From Macrostomum lignano (Eukaryota): a DNA stretch of 64,000 nt. The stretch lies in the NCBI GenBank assembly GCA_002269645.1, contig NIVC01002241.1, positions 126,434 to 190,433 of the forward strand, in the 5' to 3' direction. The notes beneath the pieces are model-generated. The model was given only the letters and a program-made list of their open reading frames with translations. It made no database searches and had not been told where the DNA came from. Shown piece after piece: positions 23,901-37,554 of the stretch. Both the position numbers and the translations under genes were made by a program. Positions within the stretch are counted from its first letter, which is position 1; the number at the start of each line of letters is the position of its first letter.

Positions 23901-26180
23901 ACCGTAGTGGCTTCCTATGCAAAAATCATCCCTCCGCATCTTACACAGGCTACTTCAGGCTGTAGACTGTACTACACTATTAATTAGTTGCGCTAAGGAA
24001 TCTACATGTATTTTGCTCGCAGCGCAACGCGCTGCTCAAAGAAGTTTAGATCTATCTAGATATTCTAGTAATTTCAGGTTTGTCCATAGACTAGAGCTCA
24101 TGAGATGAGAATTCCATTAACTAGTACATTTAATATGAATGAACTGCGTGTGTGTGTGCTGTGCATACATATGTATAATATACGAGTAGTTTATGGGCCA
24201 AATTATTGTGTGGCACAATTCTTGGCATCACTCAGCAGGCACAAGATGCAGTTAAGCAGCGCACGAAAATTCTACAAAAGAAATTGAGCCTGGTTGAGGT
24301 GATGCGAGGAGGCAGATCCACACAATCTCAGTGAATACACCAGACTGCACCAGATACGAGTCCAGTCGAATGTGCGCACTGGTCTAAGCAGCACACGCAT
24401 GTCCTTCTGACAATGACGGCACCTAGCTTCGTCCAAGCCTTTGCCAGCGTCACTGACAGCGTCAATACTACCATGCAGTGCCACCTGCAGCACCGACAAC
24501 GGCAATTCCTCCAGTTAGCCCACAACAGTGGCTAAACTGAGGGACATGGAACCTACCCGCAGAAGACACACACATACACACACAGCACCGGCAGCAGCAC
24601 TCTGACAGCATAACCTAAAGCTCCATGAGCTCAGTTTTCAAGCATTGAAGAAGCAGAAGCAGTCATCTTGAATCCAGGGATCAGGAAGAGTGTTGCATGT
24701 CCGACATGTGCTGTTTCCGTGGCAAAAGGTGATGGAGCAAATTAATCAACACTTACTATCTAGCTCGTATTAAGACTAAAAAACTGAGGCAAGCTGGGAT
24801 TAAACCAAAGAAAATTTTTTACTATACTTTTTTACCATGTACTTTTACTATACTTCTATAGTATAGTAGAGAGGTACTCTATTTAAATGCAGTAAGAAGT
24901 GAAACAAATTTATATATTTAATTATTAAAATTAAATTAATTCAAGGTAAATAACTAATTTAACCAATTTATTAGAAGTATTTAATATTTTAATAAATTGA
25001 TTTTTATACCTTACACGAAATAAGCTCTACATTCATTTCTTAGCTTGGGGCCCATCTGTATAAGGTCAGTTTCTTCAAAATGCTGATTAATTAATTAAGG
25101 CCTGTTGTCTTTACTTAAATTTATAAGGGCATCTTAGAAGTTAATATTACTATATAATACATGTATAATATTATTACTATATTATAATAATATAGTTGCA
25201 ATTTTAATGACTATTGAATAAGTCTAAATGCTTCCCCTATTGACTCTAAATATATGGTATCTTTACCTTCAGAAAAAATTAGCATAGAATGACTTGATGA
25301 AAACAAAAAAAATCATTTCGAGATACACATTTGCTGATCATTCAGGTCAAATTTCAAGGTCCAGTTTTGCACATGTTTCTCTGTAGCTTGGTTACAAGGA
25401 TTTTAATAAAAATATAATAAATATGTCCAATGTACTAACTGATACATAGCCAAATTGAAGTATTTTCAAAAACAAAAAAAATCATTTGCTCAGTTTACTT
25501 TACTGGATATCTGTGTAAAATTTCAGCTCAAAAGGTGCTCCATGGAGAATGCTAGTGTGGTTACAGGATATTTATTTTGTGCTTCAAAGTAGGAGTTTAT
25601 TGCGATGCATGGTTGCTTTTAATTATTTTTATCAACAATAGTGCTCTATTTCATAACAATTTTTTACAAAAAGATAAAAAGACATGTTTTTCTAATTATC
25701 TGCATCAAAATGTATCATTTTAAGCGCACATTCTAGACGTCAGCTGAAAAAATACATTTTGTGAGACGCAAAGAGGCTATCCCACCGGAAATGCTAGGCG
25801 TACAGTTAAGCGTCTATAAAATCATTTATAGTGCAGTTTATTGAGCTTTAAAAAAATCTTAAATTAAATTTATATAAGCTTTAATTTTAAATGTAATATA
25901 GCAAGGTTTCAACACAACAACAACTTTTTTTTAGCTACAGACATCTTGTAGTACCAAAAATTAACATCGGTGAAATGATTGAATTTGAATTTTTTCATCG
26001 CTAATTATCGCTTAATACCGCCAGATGATTAAAAAACACTTTTGCATGATAAAGTTTAACCCAAAAATTATCTTTATTCACAGATAAAAGTGTCCTATTA
26101 TTTTCAATATGGCAGTAACAATAGTAAATGTTCGGAAAATTGTTAAAATTTTTGCTCCTCCTAGAATTTGCGAACGACCC

Positions 26181-26742
26181 GCTTATCCCCACGGTCCCGT
26201 GCCGATAATTCCAATTTTATCCACACGGATCCGTATCGATAATTTCTAGCTTATCCTCGGCAGCTAATTGAAATAAAGAATCTTAAATGAATCTGTTCAA
26301 ACATTGTCTTTTTGTTTTCACTGTTTTTAAATCAGTGTCGAGTACTTTGTTAAAACTTTTCGTCATTAAAGGGTTTATTTTAAATATTTGCTTAGCTGCC
26401 GGCTTTACTTAGAACAACCAAAAACGACCCAAAGATCGAGGCGAATGAGACTTGCAAAATTCAACTTTCAATATATAATAATTATAATGACAATATCGAT
26501 TTAACGTCAGTACACAAAACTAAACACAAACAACTGCATAATCTTAGCCGTGGGGATAAACTGAAAATTATTGACACGGATCCGTGTGGATAAAATTGAA
26601 ATTATTGACACGGCCTAAATAGACTTAAATGGTGGCAGCTATTTCAATAACTTGAATAAGCTGTTGTGAGGATAAGCTAGAAATTATTGACACGGATCCG
26701 TGTGGATAAAATTGGAATTGAAATTGGACCGTGGGGATAAGC
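26181..26742. mobile_element. MITE with ~85-bp TIRs and palindromic subterminal repeats
   Basis: GCTTATCCCCACGGTCC...GGACCGTGGGGATAAGC, with the motif CACGGATCCGT(G/A) repeated three times. Confidence 0.7.
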
Positions 26743-27340
26743 ACTTCCTTTTTGTAAACTTTTTTGGTAAGTTGGATAGGCCTACAAAACTTTAGGCCTA
26801 CCTATCAACTATTCTATCAATTATTTTATTAACTTTAAGTTTAGGGGGCCTATTATCAAATATTCTGTTTCTATAGACTATTTCTAGGATTCTGTGTATC
26901 CTAGAGGATAAACCCATGGGAGGAGGGTAGAAAGGATTGCTCTTGGCAAAATTGGCTTGGTCTTCAGCCTTTGATTTTTGAAATGGCATGTCTATAAAGT
27001 CTAACATAACATGATATGACATGTATACTAAATTAAAAAAATATATTTACAATTTTTTATGCCTTCTATATATACATACTTACCATTTTAATCTTATTGC
27101 TATTAATTTTTTAGGTATATTGCATTTGTTTTTCTCTTACATTGAAATTGTTAAATGAAATAATTTTTGCACTTTGTATATTTGCAAAAATAAGCTAAGT
27201 ATAGGCCCCTATATTTTTCTTATTTAACTGACCATGTGTTAATTTTTTCAGGTCACTATCTACTGCCTCTCGCGCATGCTTGGGTGCAACCTAGGGACTT
27301 ACCTGGCCATTTCTATTGGCAACACAATATATGTACCCTG

Positions 27341-28021
27341 TATAACTTTTGCCGACACATTTTCAGACAGATCTTTAGACACTTTATGACACTTAAAATG
27401 TTGCAAAAAGTGTTGGAAAAAGTGTTGTAACAGTTAACTTTTGCCGACACATTTTCAGACAGATCTTCCGACACTTTTTACTGACACTTAAAATGTTGCA
27501 AAAAGTGTCAAAAAAATGTTCTAACAGCTAACATTTGCCGACACTTCAATTAATGCTGCAAAAAGTGTCTGAAAAGTGTTGTATGGTTAACTTCTGCCGA
27601 CACATCTTTAGACACTTAAAATGTCGCTTCTTAGAGCTAGGTAATGTACATGTAGCTTATACTATTCATGTAAGCTTACATGTATGTTTGTTAAGTATGC
27701 ACTATGCAGCAGCCTGCAATGCACGTTTCAATTGTGTTGCGTGTCATTTAATTACATTAATTGATATACATATGTACATGTAAAAGTTGGCATTTTATTT
27801 TGACTATAAACAATATGTATTGTAAATGAAAGGCATATTTTCAGTGTTAAATTTATTTGCAGTCAAATTAATACAAAATGCTATAAATTACTATGTACAT
27901 GAAAGATTCATTCAAATAATCTTCTTCATAAGGACGCACTATTTTTGACACTTTTTGCAACATTTTAAGTGTCGGTTAAGTGTCGGAAGATCTGTCTGAA
28001 AATGTGTTGGCAAAAGTTATA
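27341..28021. mobile_element. MITE with ~90-bp TIRs; left arm tandemly triplicated
   Basis: TATAACTTTTGCCGACACATTTTCAGACAGATC at 27341, ~27436 and a degenerate copy at ~27530. The inverted copy ends at 28021. Confidence 0.7.
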
Positions 28022-28449
28022 TAGGTCATGATACTCTGTCAATTAGTCTACACTGACTCTTTAGGCTGGACTAATTTCTAAAATGTTATTTAGGTTCTAA
28101 GAAGGGTCATCTAAGAAATTTTTAATATAAAGCTTATAGGTAGAGTTGCCATATTGCAATTCCAAAAAGCTGCCACCAAGTTGTAATAAGGGTATAGGTT
28201 ATAATTATAGACTGAACTTAGTTTTCTTAGATTATCTCCTAAGGATATAACCAGAATAGGGTCTGGTTATTAGGCCTAGTCTGAGACCCTGAGTATCAGT
28301 AAATCTAAAAATAAGTCTAAGTATATATCTGAGTATGTACAGAATAAGACTAATGATAGCAGTCTTATTCTATACTAGTCATTAGAGGCCATTGAATCAA
28401 AGCTTCTAATGATATTTTAAGCCTTTCAATCTCAGTTATTAAGTGGCCA

Positions 28450-29229
28450 ATATGGCTCATTCCATATAAGCATGGTCGTAACATGACAGGTTATTTTTAC
28501 TTATAAAATGAAATCTAATAATAGAATATACTAAACCAATATTTTAAATGAAAGATTATTTTGTCTAGAATATATTTATAGAGTTTCATATAGATATCAT
28601 CATTAGTATAGATGCTATTAAACCTTAAATGACACTTATGGTTGTAACGACAGGATTTTTGACATATAGAAACTAAAAGGTAAAAGTCTTATTTGATATT
28701 TTGCAATACATTTTTAAAATTTGACTAAGAACATCTTTAGAAATCATACTCTTTTATTAGAATATATAAACTCAAAAGGCAACAAAGATACAAAAGAAAA
28801 GGCAGCCTTATGGTCGTAACATTATGGTCGTAACATATTTTTTTCTGTCAATTCAGTAACTTTGAGGTACTAATACATTAAAAATATAATAGATTATTTG
28901 GTCACCAATGCTTTTATCTGATGATGCAAGTACTATACTTTTATCTATAGTTTGTTTCAACCTTCAAAAGCTTTCTATTTGTTTTTAAAAGGTACAAAAT
29001 CTTAATGATGTCTTTTGCTTCGAAAAATGTCCAAATTTTTACAAAAATGACTTTTTGCCAATTGATAACATACTAATCCAACATTTTACCATTCCTTTAT
29101 TCTTAGATTGTATATATTGCACAATATAAACATTTGGTAAAAAAATAGGCTAATAAGGCAATGGCAAGCAAAAATATTGACTTTTTTCTATTTTCCAAAT
29201 ATGTCCATCTTATATGGAATGAGCCATAT
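28450..29229. mobile_element. MITE with 21-bp perfect inverted termini
   Basis: ATATGGCTCATTCCATATAAG (28450-28470) and CTTATATGGAATGAGCCATAT (29209-29229), with repeated ATGGTCGTAAC motifs inside. Confidence 0.55.
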
Positions 29230-30148
29230 GACATTGGAACTAGATATCTGAATAGGGAAATATGTATTCCATAGCCATATGATCTATCTATGTGTTCTAT
29301 CTAAAAACCTATTAAATCTTTAACTTCCTATACTCAAATCAATAGCTACAATGAAATCTAGCAAAACCTATAAAGATTCCAAATCAAATCCAAATCCAAA
29401 TCAAAAGTGCACTTTAAGAAGCAACTTGTAAAAATGTAGAAATATACAACCTATAGTTTTTATGTAGTATTTTAATAGGATCTGAAAGTTTTGTTTTGTT
29501 TTTATAGAATACTATTAATGTATATTGCAATGTTTTAATTGCATGCATTTTAAATTAAAGATCTGGCATACCACCAATTTGGTGGCTGTTTCAATTTGCT
29601 ACTTTGTCCTTGGCCAATCAGTGACTTCATTCAATCTAGATATCAAGTCACTTTATAATTACAGTAAGTATACTTTTATTTTTGCAGTACTTATTTTTTC
29701 TTCAAGAATAGTAGTTAAAATTTAAATTGTGGTATTGCTTTAAATGAGGATAGATTATGTCAGTAATAAATTTATTAAGCATTAGAATTTTTATAATTTA
29801 ATTCTGTAAATTAGTAGTAAGAATAACAATGTTATAATTATAGGCAATATCTTACAAGGGGGCATCACAAACCCGGAAAATTACATTCTCAAAAACTCTG
29901 ATAAGCCCCATCATAAACCGACTGAATCCAAAATGTAGGCCACATCAGAGTTTTCAAGAATGTGATGTTTCGAGTTTATGATGATGGGAGGTTCATTTCA
30001 AGGTTGTGTTTTTAGGGCTAGTGGTGGTGGCACCTTGTGTTGATATGTTAAACAAAAACCTAGGGAAAAATATAAGTGGATAAAAGAGAAAGAGGGTGAA
30101 AGTCTAACAAAAGTTGGTGGGTGAACACACAAAATAAGAAAAGACAGG

Positions 30149-30410
30149 TCAGAAAATCTTAAAGTACACTAGTGCCTCTGTTATATAGTTGGCTGTTGAG
30201 GGTAGGTTTAAGCTCTTTATGTACAATGCTTCTAAAGTTAGTAGCTTTCCACTGTATTGACTGTTGTCAATAATACTAAATTGGTAAATGTGCTTGCATT
30301 GGGTACAGTGGTTGCACATAAGAAGATGATCCTGTACAGCCGACACTTTTTTGAAATGTTCCTTGGCTCTTGTGCGTAAGTGACTCAATTTTGCACCTTA
30401 CCTTAAACCA
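30149..30410 (-). pseudogene. Penelope-like GIY-YIG endonuclease fragment
   Basis: HLRTRAKEH...SAVQDHLLMCNHC...FSIID...KLLTLEALYIK matches the C-terminal half of PLE GIY-YIG domains. Confidence 0.55.
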
Positions 30411-30657
30411 AAGTAAGAATCTTCAAATTTTGTCAAAAGTTGTTAAAAAAGTAATCAATTTTGCTACCTACCCTTGGTCTGCAACAATCTATGCTAGCCA
30501 GATCAGCTTGGTTGGCCTGGCAGTTGCGCATGTATGCTCTGAACAAAGAGACAGTCAGACGACGTGGACCACTGCTTTTTCTCTTTCACTGGGATTTAGA
30601 TTTTCAGCAAATCATAACTAACTGCAAACTAACTTGAATCCCATTGCCGCATCCCAG

Positions 30658-30951
30658 CGGTGCACCTGCTCCCCGATCGCAACTTGATTGCCGGCAGTCG
30701 CCTTACAATCAGCTGTGCAGTGAATTCAGATGCCGGCCTGTCATGGCTGCCCCTAATCTACGTTAGGCGTCTCAATCCGGAGGCTCTGTTTAATGCAACA
30801 ATTGCACTAGATGGTCGATCGGCATTTGTTGTTATTGACAATGTCTCAGTGGCCGAGCATAATGGCAGCAATTATGATTGCGTCGGACAGGTTAGGACGA
30901 ATGCCAGTCTGTACAAGGAGCTCAGCCTGCACAAGGAGCTGCTTGTTGGGT
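30658..30951 (+). CDS. Class I cytokine receptor-like (gp130/Domeless-type), Ig-domain exon (join 30658-30951, 31423-31573, 34239-34480, 35890-37253, 37441-37546, 38304-38401; ~750 aa, 5' exon not found)
   Basis: CCCAG|CG...GGG T|GTAAGT. Ig pattern LTISCAV...NGSNYDCVG. All six exons splice in compatible phases. Confidence 0.78.
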
Positions 30952-31019
30952 GTAAGTTTTCTAAGGTCTTCTGGATTCTAATAATAGATTCGCAGGTTGG
31001 CTGTGTGATACGCAATTCT

Positions 31020-31265
31020 GCCCCTCTCTCCTCTCCCCTCCTCTCCCGTATGGTCTCCTGCTCTCCCAGCTTCACTCTCCCGCTCTCCCCTCCTCTGACC
31101 TCTCCACTCATCTCTCCACTCTCATCTTTCACCTTATCTCCCCGACCCCCTCTCACCTCTCCTCTCTCCTCTCCTCTTCCCTCTCCACTCTTATCTCTCC
31201 ACTATCATCTTTCACCTCCTCTCACCTCTCCTCTCACCTGTCTCTCTCCCCTCCTCTTCCCTCCA
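31020..31265. repeat. Pyrimidine-rich low-complexity tract (CTCTCC-type)
   Basis: Degenerate CCTCTC units at the 5' end of the intron. Confidence 0.85.
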
Positions 31266-31422
31266 GATATTTGGTCCGTGAGTTAAAATGGTTTGCTGAC
31301 CCCAGGTTTAGAGTTTAGGTTAAAACCATTTCCGCTTAGGATTTCTAGATTAAAAAGCCTTTCAAATCATCAATACTATGATATTTTCGCAAATTCCCAA
31401 ATGTCAACAATGGCCCTTGCAG

Positions 31423-31573
31423 ACAAGCCCGCAATGCCCGACTTCAAATTCTACTGGCTGGACCGCAAAGCTTTCACATCGGTAGCGGAGCCGCCGCTAG
31501 CCGAGGTGCAGCGCCGGGCCGGCCTGCCGCCTCCAGACGGTCGGCTGACGCTGCGGGTCTGGTATCGCGACTT
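31423..31573 (+). CDS. Cytokine receptor-like, exon starting the first FN3 of the cytokine-binding module
   Basis: TTGCAG|AC gives LLVG-YKPAMPDF...WYRD(L), ending TT|GTGAGT; 151 nt. Confidence 0.72.
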
Positions 31574-31709
31574 GTGAGTGCAGATTGCTAGTCAGCTGAG
31601 TCAGCTTTTTAATATAGTCAGTGTAATTACTCAGTGTGTACAGCTGTTGCATCATTCCTATCTTCTCCACTTCATATGGAGTCAATTGCTAAGCTTGTCG
31701 AAGACATGA

Positions 31710-32780
31710 ATTATGAGATGTAAGTGTCGGTGATATGAAGTGTCGAAGCTATGAAGTATCGAAGATATGAGGTGTTGGAGATATGAAGTGTCGGAGATAT
31801 GAAGTGTCGGAGATATGAAGTGTTGGAGATATGAAGTGTCGGAGATATGAAGTGTCGGAGATATGAAGTGTTGAAGGTATGAAATGTCGGAGATATGAAG
31901 TGTCGAAGCTATGAAGTATCGAAGATATGAGGTGTTGGAGATATGAAGTGTCGGAGATATGAACTGTCGGAGATATGAAGTGTCGGAGATATGAAGTGTC
32001 GGAGATATGAAGTGTCGGAGATATGAAGTGTCGGAGATATGAAGTGTCGGAGATATGAACTGTCGGAGATATGAACTGTCGGAGATATGAACTGTCGGAG
32101 ATATGAAGTGTCGGAGATATGAAGTGTTGGAGATATGAAGTGTCGGAGATATGAAGTGTCGGAGATATGAAGTGTTGGAGATATGAACTGTCGGAGATAT
32201 GAAGTGTCGGAGATATGAAGCGTCGGAGATATGAAGTGTCGGAGATATGAAGCGTCGGAGATATGAAGTGTCGGAGATATGAAGTGTCGGAGATATGAAG
32301 TGTCGGAGATATGAACTGTCGGAGATATGAAGTGTTGGAGATATGAAGTGTCGGAGATATGAAGCGTCGGAGATATGAAGTGTCGGAGATATGAAGTGTC
32401 GGAGATATGAAGTGTCGGAGATATGAACTGTCGGAGATATGAAGTGTCGGAGATATGAAGTGTCGGAGATATGAAGTGTTGGAGATATGAAGTGTTGGAG
32501 ATATGAACTGTCGGAGATATGAAGTGTCGGAGATGTGAAGTGTCGGAGATATGAACTGTCGGAGATGTGAAGTGTCGGAGATTTGAAATGTTGGAGATGT
32601 GAAGTGTCGGAGATATGAAGTGTCGGAGATTGATATGAACTGTCGGAGAAATGAAGTGTCGGAGATATGAACTGTCGGAGATATGAAGTGTCGGAGATTG
32701 ATATGAACTGTCGGAGAAATGAAGTGTCGGAGATATGAACTGTCGGAGATATGAAGTGTCGGGGATATGAAATGTTAGAG
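31710..32780. repeat. 16-bp minisatellite
   Basis: Unit ATGAAGTGTCGGAGAT, about 65 copies, with GTT and AAC variants. Confidence 0.97.
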
Positions 32781-33380
32781 AGATAGTGTCAGAGATCTCA
32801 CACCTTTTGCTCGTATATATTGTATTTAGAGTTATTATTTATTTATTCTTGCTCAAATACTAAGTGCACAATGTCTTCTTGTTTCAGTGCAAGCCATAAA
32901 ATATCCTGCGATTCCGGGTGTCAAAAGTACATTGATGCACTTTTGAATTTTATTACCAAATTAATAAATTTATAATTAAGATCTGCACTCGGCCATAGAC
33001 GATGAAGCCAGTCAAGCGGACAGCTGGCAATTCCATAGCAAGTATTCTGACCGCAGAACTGATTCACTTGATTGTCTATGGTGCCGAGTGCAGTTCTGTG
33101 GCAGTGGCTGCTGCTCCACTTGATCCGCCACTTTGCTGACAAAAAGCAGTAGTATATATCGCGTATCATTAAGCAGTAGTTTTTGACCGCGTGATTCTGC
33201 TATAAGCAAATACGAATAGACGCTATAATTACTTGATCCACATGCTGAATGCATTTTACTTAAGTTTTTCTGTATGTTTGTGACATAGACACAGATTTTT
33301 ACACAATTTTAAAGTAAGAGCCCATTTTTGAGTGACAATTTGTGGCTTATTTTTCAGTTTTGAGCACAGATGCTAAAAAA

Positions 33381-33807
33381 ACTAGATGGGCGACGCCACT
33401 CAGGCTTATATAGTTAATAAAACAGCTTTCTGCTTTCAGTTCAGTAGCAAAGAAGAATACATAAGCTATTTTATAAAAATAAAGGCAGCTGAAATAACTT
33501 TGATAAGTTTAGAAGCCAAAGCTTGCAGACGTAAACAACTTGCTAATTGGTTCAGCAATAATGTACATTAGCCAGTCCACTGAAATGTACATGGCAGCTT
33601 TAGGCTGGAATTCCAAGAAAGGCAATAAAAATTGGGGCGGGGCGGGGGGTAATGTGGACGGGCGCGGTTGGAGTGTTTAAGCTGGGGGTAAGACTAAGAG
33701 CTAATAAATGAGCCATGGCTTTATGAATATATTAAATGCTTCCATTTAACTTACTACTGAACTGAAAGTAGCATACACGCAAATGTGCTGAGTGGCCCAT
33801 CTAGTTG
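33381..33807. mobile_element. Non-autonomous element with AACTAGATG...CATCTAGTT termini (related copies at ~49514-49822 and ~61606-61760)
   Basis: Inverted ends AACTAGATGGGC...CACTCAG / CTGAGTGGCCCATCTAGTT. The ~150-bp left part is clearly homologous to 61606-61750. Confidence 0.55.
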
Positions 33808-33868
33808 TTCTAGTATTTGTGGTTGGCAGAAGCCAATAAAAACTCAGGCTTTGTTTTACTACCTTAGA

Positions 33869-34110
33869 TGGGTGGGCCGTAGCCCAGGGCTCCAGCGCGG
33901 CGCTCTGATGCGCCAGCGGCCCAGGCTCGATTCCAAGTGCAGTCAGTCACATTAATTTGGAGCTATATTGAAATATCGGCTTGGCTCTGCTTGTGAAATT
34001 AACGGCCTTGAGGGCCAACCCCCAAGGCACGGTGAAGTGTACATGCCTAGCGATAAATAAAGTCAGGGTCGTATCCGCGCGCCTGCTCAGGGGAGTCGGG
34101 GGGGGGGGGA
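33869..34110 (+). mobile_element. Possible tRNA-derived SINE
   Basis: GGGCCGTAGCCCAGGG (A-box-like) ... GGCTCGATTCC (B-box-like), followed by a GC-richer body. Confidence 0.35.
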
Positions 34111-34238
34111 ATGAGCAGTAATGTCTGTCATAAAAAATACTAACGTAGACAAAAAACCTTTTTAAGCAGCGAAAATTTAAATGAAAAAGTTCAACTTTTG
34201 AACTATTTCTTTTCACTGCTAATGCTCATTATCCGCAG

Positions 34239-34480
34239 GTTCACGGGTCCCGAGGGTCGGAATTGTACAAAAACAACAACCGCCACTATTGATATTAGTG
34301 GCCATAAAAGTTCTACTCCAGTCTGTAACGACAGCTGCGCTTGCAACAGCTTGGGCAACTGCGACTGGGGGAATAAGTGCCAGACGGGTCTTGAGGACGA
34401 TATGGAAGTTTTTGCTGAGCTGTGCAACAATATTGGCTGGTGCACCAACGCCACTTGGAAATTTGATCGGCGGGATAAAG
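34239..34480 (+). CDS. Cytokine receptor-like, Cys-rich exon
   Basis: CCGCAG|G...AAAG|GTTGGT. Encodes ...MEVFAELCNNIGWCTNATWKFDRRDK; 242 nt. Confidence 0.75.
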
Positions 34481-34661
34481 GTTGGTTTTTTGCTGGAAAA
34501 ACTTATTTTATTATCGTTTTCTGTAAATTAATATGTGAAATAGCGCTCATAGCTATTTTGAAGCATATCTTTTTAATTTATGCCAATAGACACTTTCTAA
34601 AAATCACACCTCTTTGTAGAGTAGTTATGGGATTATTATTGAAATAAAGCCACTGACTTAA

Positions 34662-35830
34662 TTGTAGCTTTGGGATATTTTAGGTGAAATCCCGTTCCAT
34701 TGTAGCTTTGGGATATTTTAGGTGAAATCCCGTTCCATTGTAGCTTTGGGATATTTTAGGTGAAATCCCGTTCCATTGTAGTTTTGGGATATTTTAGGTG
34801 AAATCCCGTTGCATTGTAGTTTTGGGATATTTTAGGTGAAATCCCGTTGCATTGTAGTTTTGGGATATTTTAGGAGAAATCCCGTTCCATTGTAGTTTTG
34901 GGATATTTTAGGTGAAATCCCGTTCCATTGTAGCTTTGGGATATTTTAGGAGAAATCCCGTTCCATTGTAGCTTTGGGATATTTTAGGAGAAATCCCGTT
35001 CCATTGTAGCTTTGGGATATTTTAGGTGAAATCCCGTTGCATTGTAGCTTTGGGATATTTTAGGAGAAATCCCGTTCCATTGTAGCTTTGGGATATTTTA
35101 GGAGAAATCCCGTTCCATTGTAGCTTTGGGATATTTTAGGAGAAATCCCGTTGCATTGTAGCTTTGGGATATTTTAGGTGAAATCCCGTTGCATTGTAGC
35201 TTTGGGATATTTTAGGAGAAATCCCGTTCCATTGTAGCTTTGGGATATTTTAGGAGAAATCCCGTTGCATTGTAGCTTTGGGATATTTTAGGAGAAATCC
35301 CGTTGCATTGTAGTTTTGGGATATTTTAGGAGAAATTCCATATCCATTGTAGTTTTGGGATATTTTAGGAGAAATCCCGTTGCATTGTAGCTTTGGGATA
35401 TTTTAGGTGAAATCCCGTTGCATTGTAGCTTTGGGATATTTTAGGAGAAATCCCGTTCCATTGTAGCTTTGGGATATTTTAGGAGAAATCCCGTTGCATT
35501 GTAGCTTTGGGATATTTTAGGAGAAATCCCGTTCCATTGTAGCTTTGGGATATTTTAGGAGAAATCCCGTTCCATTGTAGCTTTGGGATATTTTAGGAGA
35601 AATCCCGTTGCATTGTAGCTTTGGGATATTTTAGGAGAAATCCCGTTGCATTGTAGCTTTGGGATATTTTAGGAGAAATCCCGTTGCACTGTAGCTTTGG
35701 GATATTTTAGGAGAAGTCCCATCTCCATTGTAGTTTTGGGATATTTTAGGAGAAATTCCATATCCATTGTAGTTTTGGGATATTGTTAGAGATCCGATCC
35801 CATAGTTATTTTGGGATATTGTTAGAAGTC
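34662..35830. repeat. 38-bp minisatellite
   Basis: Unit TTGTAGCTTTGGGATATTTTAGG(A/T)GAAATCCCGTT(C/G)CA, about 30 copies, with an internal GGGAT...ATCCC inverted repeat. Confidence 0.97.
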
Positions 35831-35889
35831 CCATCCACACATACTGAGTTGTTTTCAACTTCCCTAATCCTGTAATTCCCCACGCGCAG

Positions 35890-37253
35890 AGAAGCCGCTA
35901 CCAGTTGGCGGCCTTCGCGCCAACTTTCAGTCCAACAGCCGCCTTGTGGTGAGCTGGGAGAGTCCGACCGTTACAACATCGGATCAGAACTACACCTACA
36001 GGGTGGATATTTTGACATCCGCCCAGCAACTCGTTGCCACCCAGATTAGCAACCATACCAGCTTGGCATTCAACAACACCTACAGCTTGCTGCGCCACGG
36101 TGAGCAGTTCAATATTCGAGCAGTTTGCCAGCCTCGCTACTATGCAGGCTACGACTCCGATCCCATTGTGGAATCATTCGTGTCTCCCGAATCGGCGCCG
36201 TGCGCGCCTCCGGCTCTGGTGCTGACGGCGCCAAGCGAGAATTCTATCGGCGCCGCTTTGCCACCGTTGCATTGTCGCAACGGTCGCATTCGCCAGTTTG
36301 TGGTTAGCGACACCGGCTGGGGGAGAAACAGCAGCGTTACTGTCGGCAAGCAGGTTGAGTTTGTTGCCTGGCAACCGGAGCGGCATCAGCTGGTTGCTGG
36401 TTTTGAGAAGCTGCGAGTCGCCGCGGCCACCAGCGTCGGTGTTGGGCCGCCAGCCGTTGGCGCCGTTGAAATCGCCTGGCTGCAGGACTGCGCTCTGCAA
36501 CCGCAGTCAAGCAGTTCGCCTGCGCCAGCTGACGAACTGCTGGACATCACGGATCGCCTTGGCAGTCGGCGAGTCTTCGTCTGGTCTGGCAGCAGCGCCG
36601 ACCGGCCCGAGATCGTCGCCTGCGAGAAGTCGGCATTGTCCGGCGACAGTCTGGCAGAGTGCCAGCGAGTCTGGCTGCTGAATGGGACATTGTTAGCGAG
36701 CTCGGACGGGCTGCCAGTGGACACTGTTGGGACCAATCTGACTGTCCGGTTGGCTCGCTACGGGGCCGGCCGGCCCGCTTGCCTGTGCCACCTGGTGGAC
36801 GGCGGCTCCACTATGCAGCCGGAAATTTCCGTTATTGAAGAGAAGAATTCGCTGTTGACACTGGCGGAGACCAGCTGCCGCGGTCACTTGCATATTGAGT
36901 CCTATTGGATTCGGCCGGTGGGTGGTGGCTCCAACTCCAGCATCCGGTGCAGCAGAGACCGCGCCTTGCCCAGACGAATTCACTGCCGCCTGCCGCCGTT
37001 GTCTGACAGTTTCAATTATGGAACTTCCGGCCGCGCTGGCATTGTCGAGGCTCGGTCTGGGCGGCATTTGATTTTTCGTTCGCAGAAGAGATGGCGATCA
37101 AACAGTTCAATGGAGTGGTCGATGACAATTTGGCTCATTTGCATCGGTCTGGCTGTTGTCCTGATTGCTAGTCTCTCTTTCGGTTGCTATCTATGCTGTC
37201 GTAACCGCGCTCCAATTCCGCCAGCCTTGGATGAGAAATATCCCCTCCCAGAG
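35890..37253 (+). CDS. Cytokine receptor-like, large exon (FN3 repeats, transmembrane helix, Pro-rich juxtamembrane)
   Basis: EKPLPVGGLRA...LVVSWESP...FNIRAVCQPRYYAGYDSDP...SPESAPCAPP...NGRI...VAAATSVGVGP. TM segment is TIWLICIGLAVVLIASLSFGCYLCC, followed by RNRAPIPP. Ends GAG|GTGGGC. Confidence 0.82.
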
Positions 37254-37440
37254 GTGGGCATTGTGTTTTTTATCTTTTTTTACCTGTTGCTTTATGCTTA
37301 TGGAAACAACAAACAGTGAACAAATATCAAGACAGGGAATATCAAACTTATATTTGAGGCTGTTTATTACTTATAGTAACGTGTTACAAATAGTATATAA
37401 GGATTATTTATTTATCACATTCTTCAATTTTCTTATCCAG

Positions 37441-37546
37441 ATGCCACTACTCAAAAACTCGCAGCGGCAGGCCGCCTCTAGCAATCCGGTCACTGACGAT
37501 ACTCGGCTCACGCCCAGTGCGGGTTCGGCCACACAAAACGGCCACG
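37441..37546 (+). CDS. Cytokine receptor-like, cytoplasmic exon
   Basis: TATCCAG|ATG...CAC G|GTCAGT; 106 nt. Confidence 0.7.
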
Positions 37547-37554
37547 GTCAGTGA

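Noticed and set aside
24270-24760. GC-richer patch with VACPTC...INQHL (UBZ-finger-like)
   Set aside because: It needs a frameshift, lacks the final Cys, and neighbouring frames contain stops.
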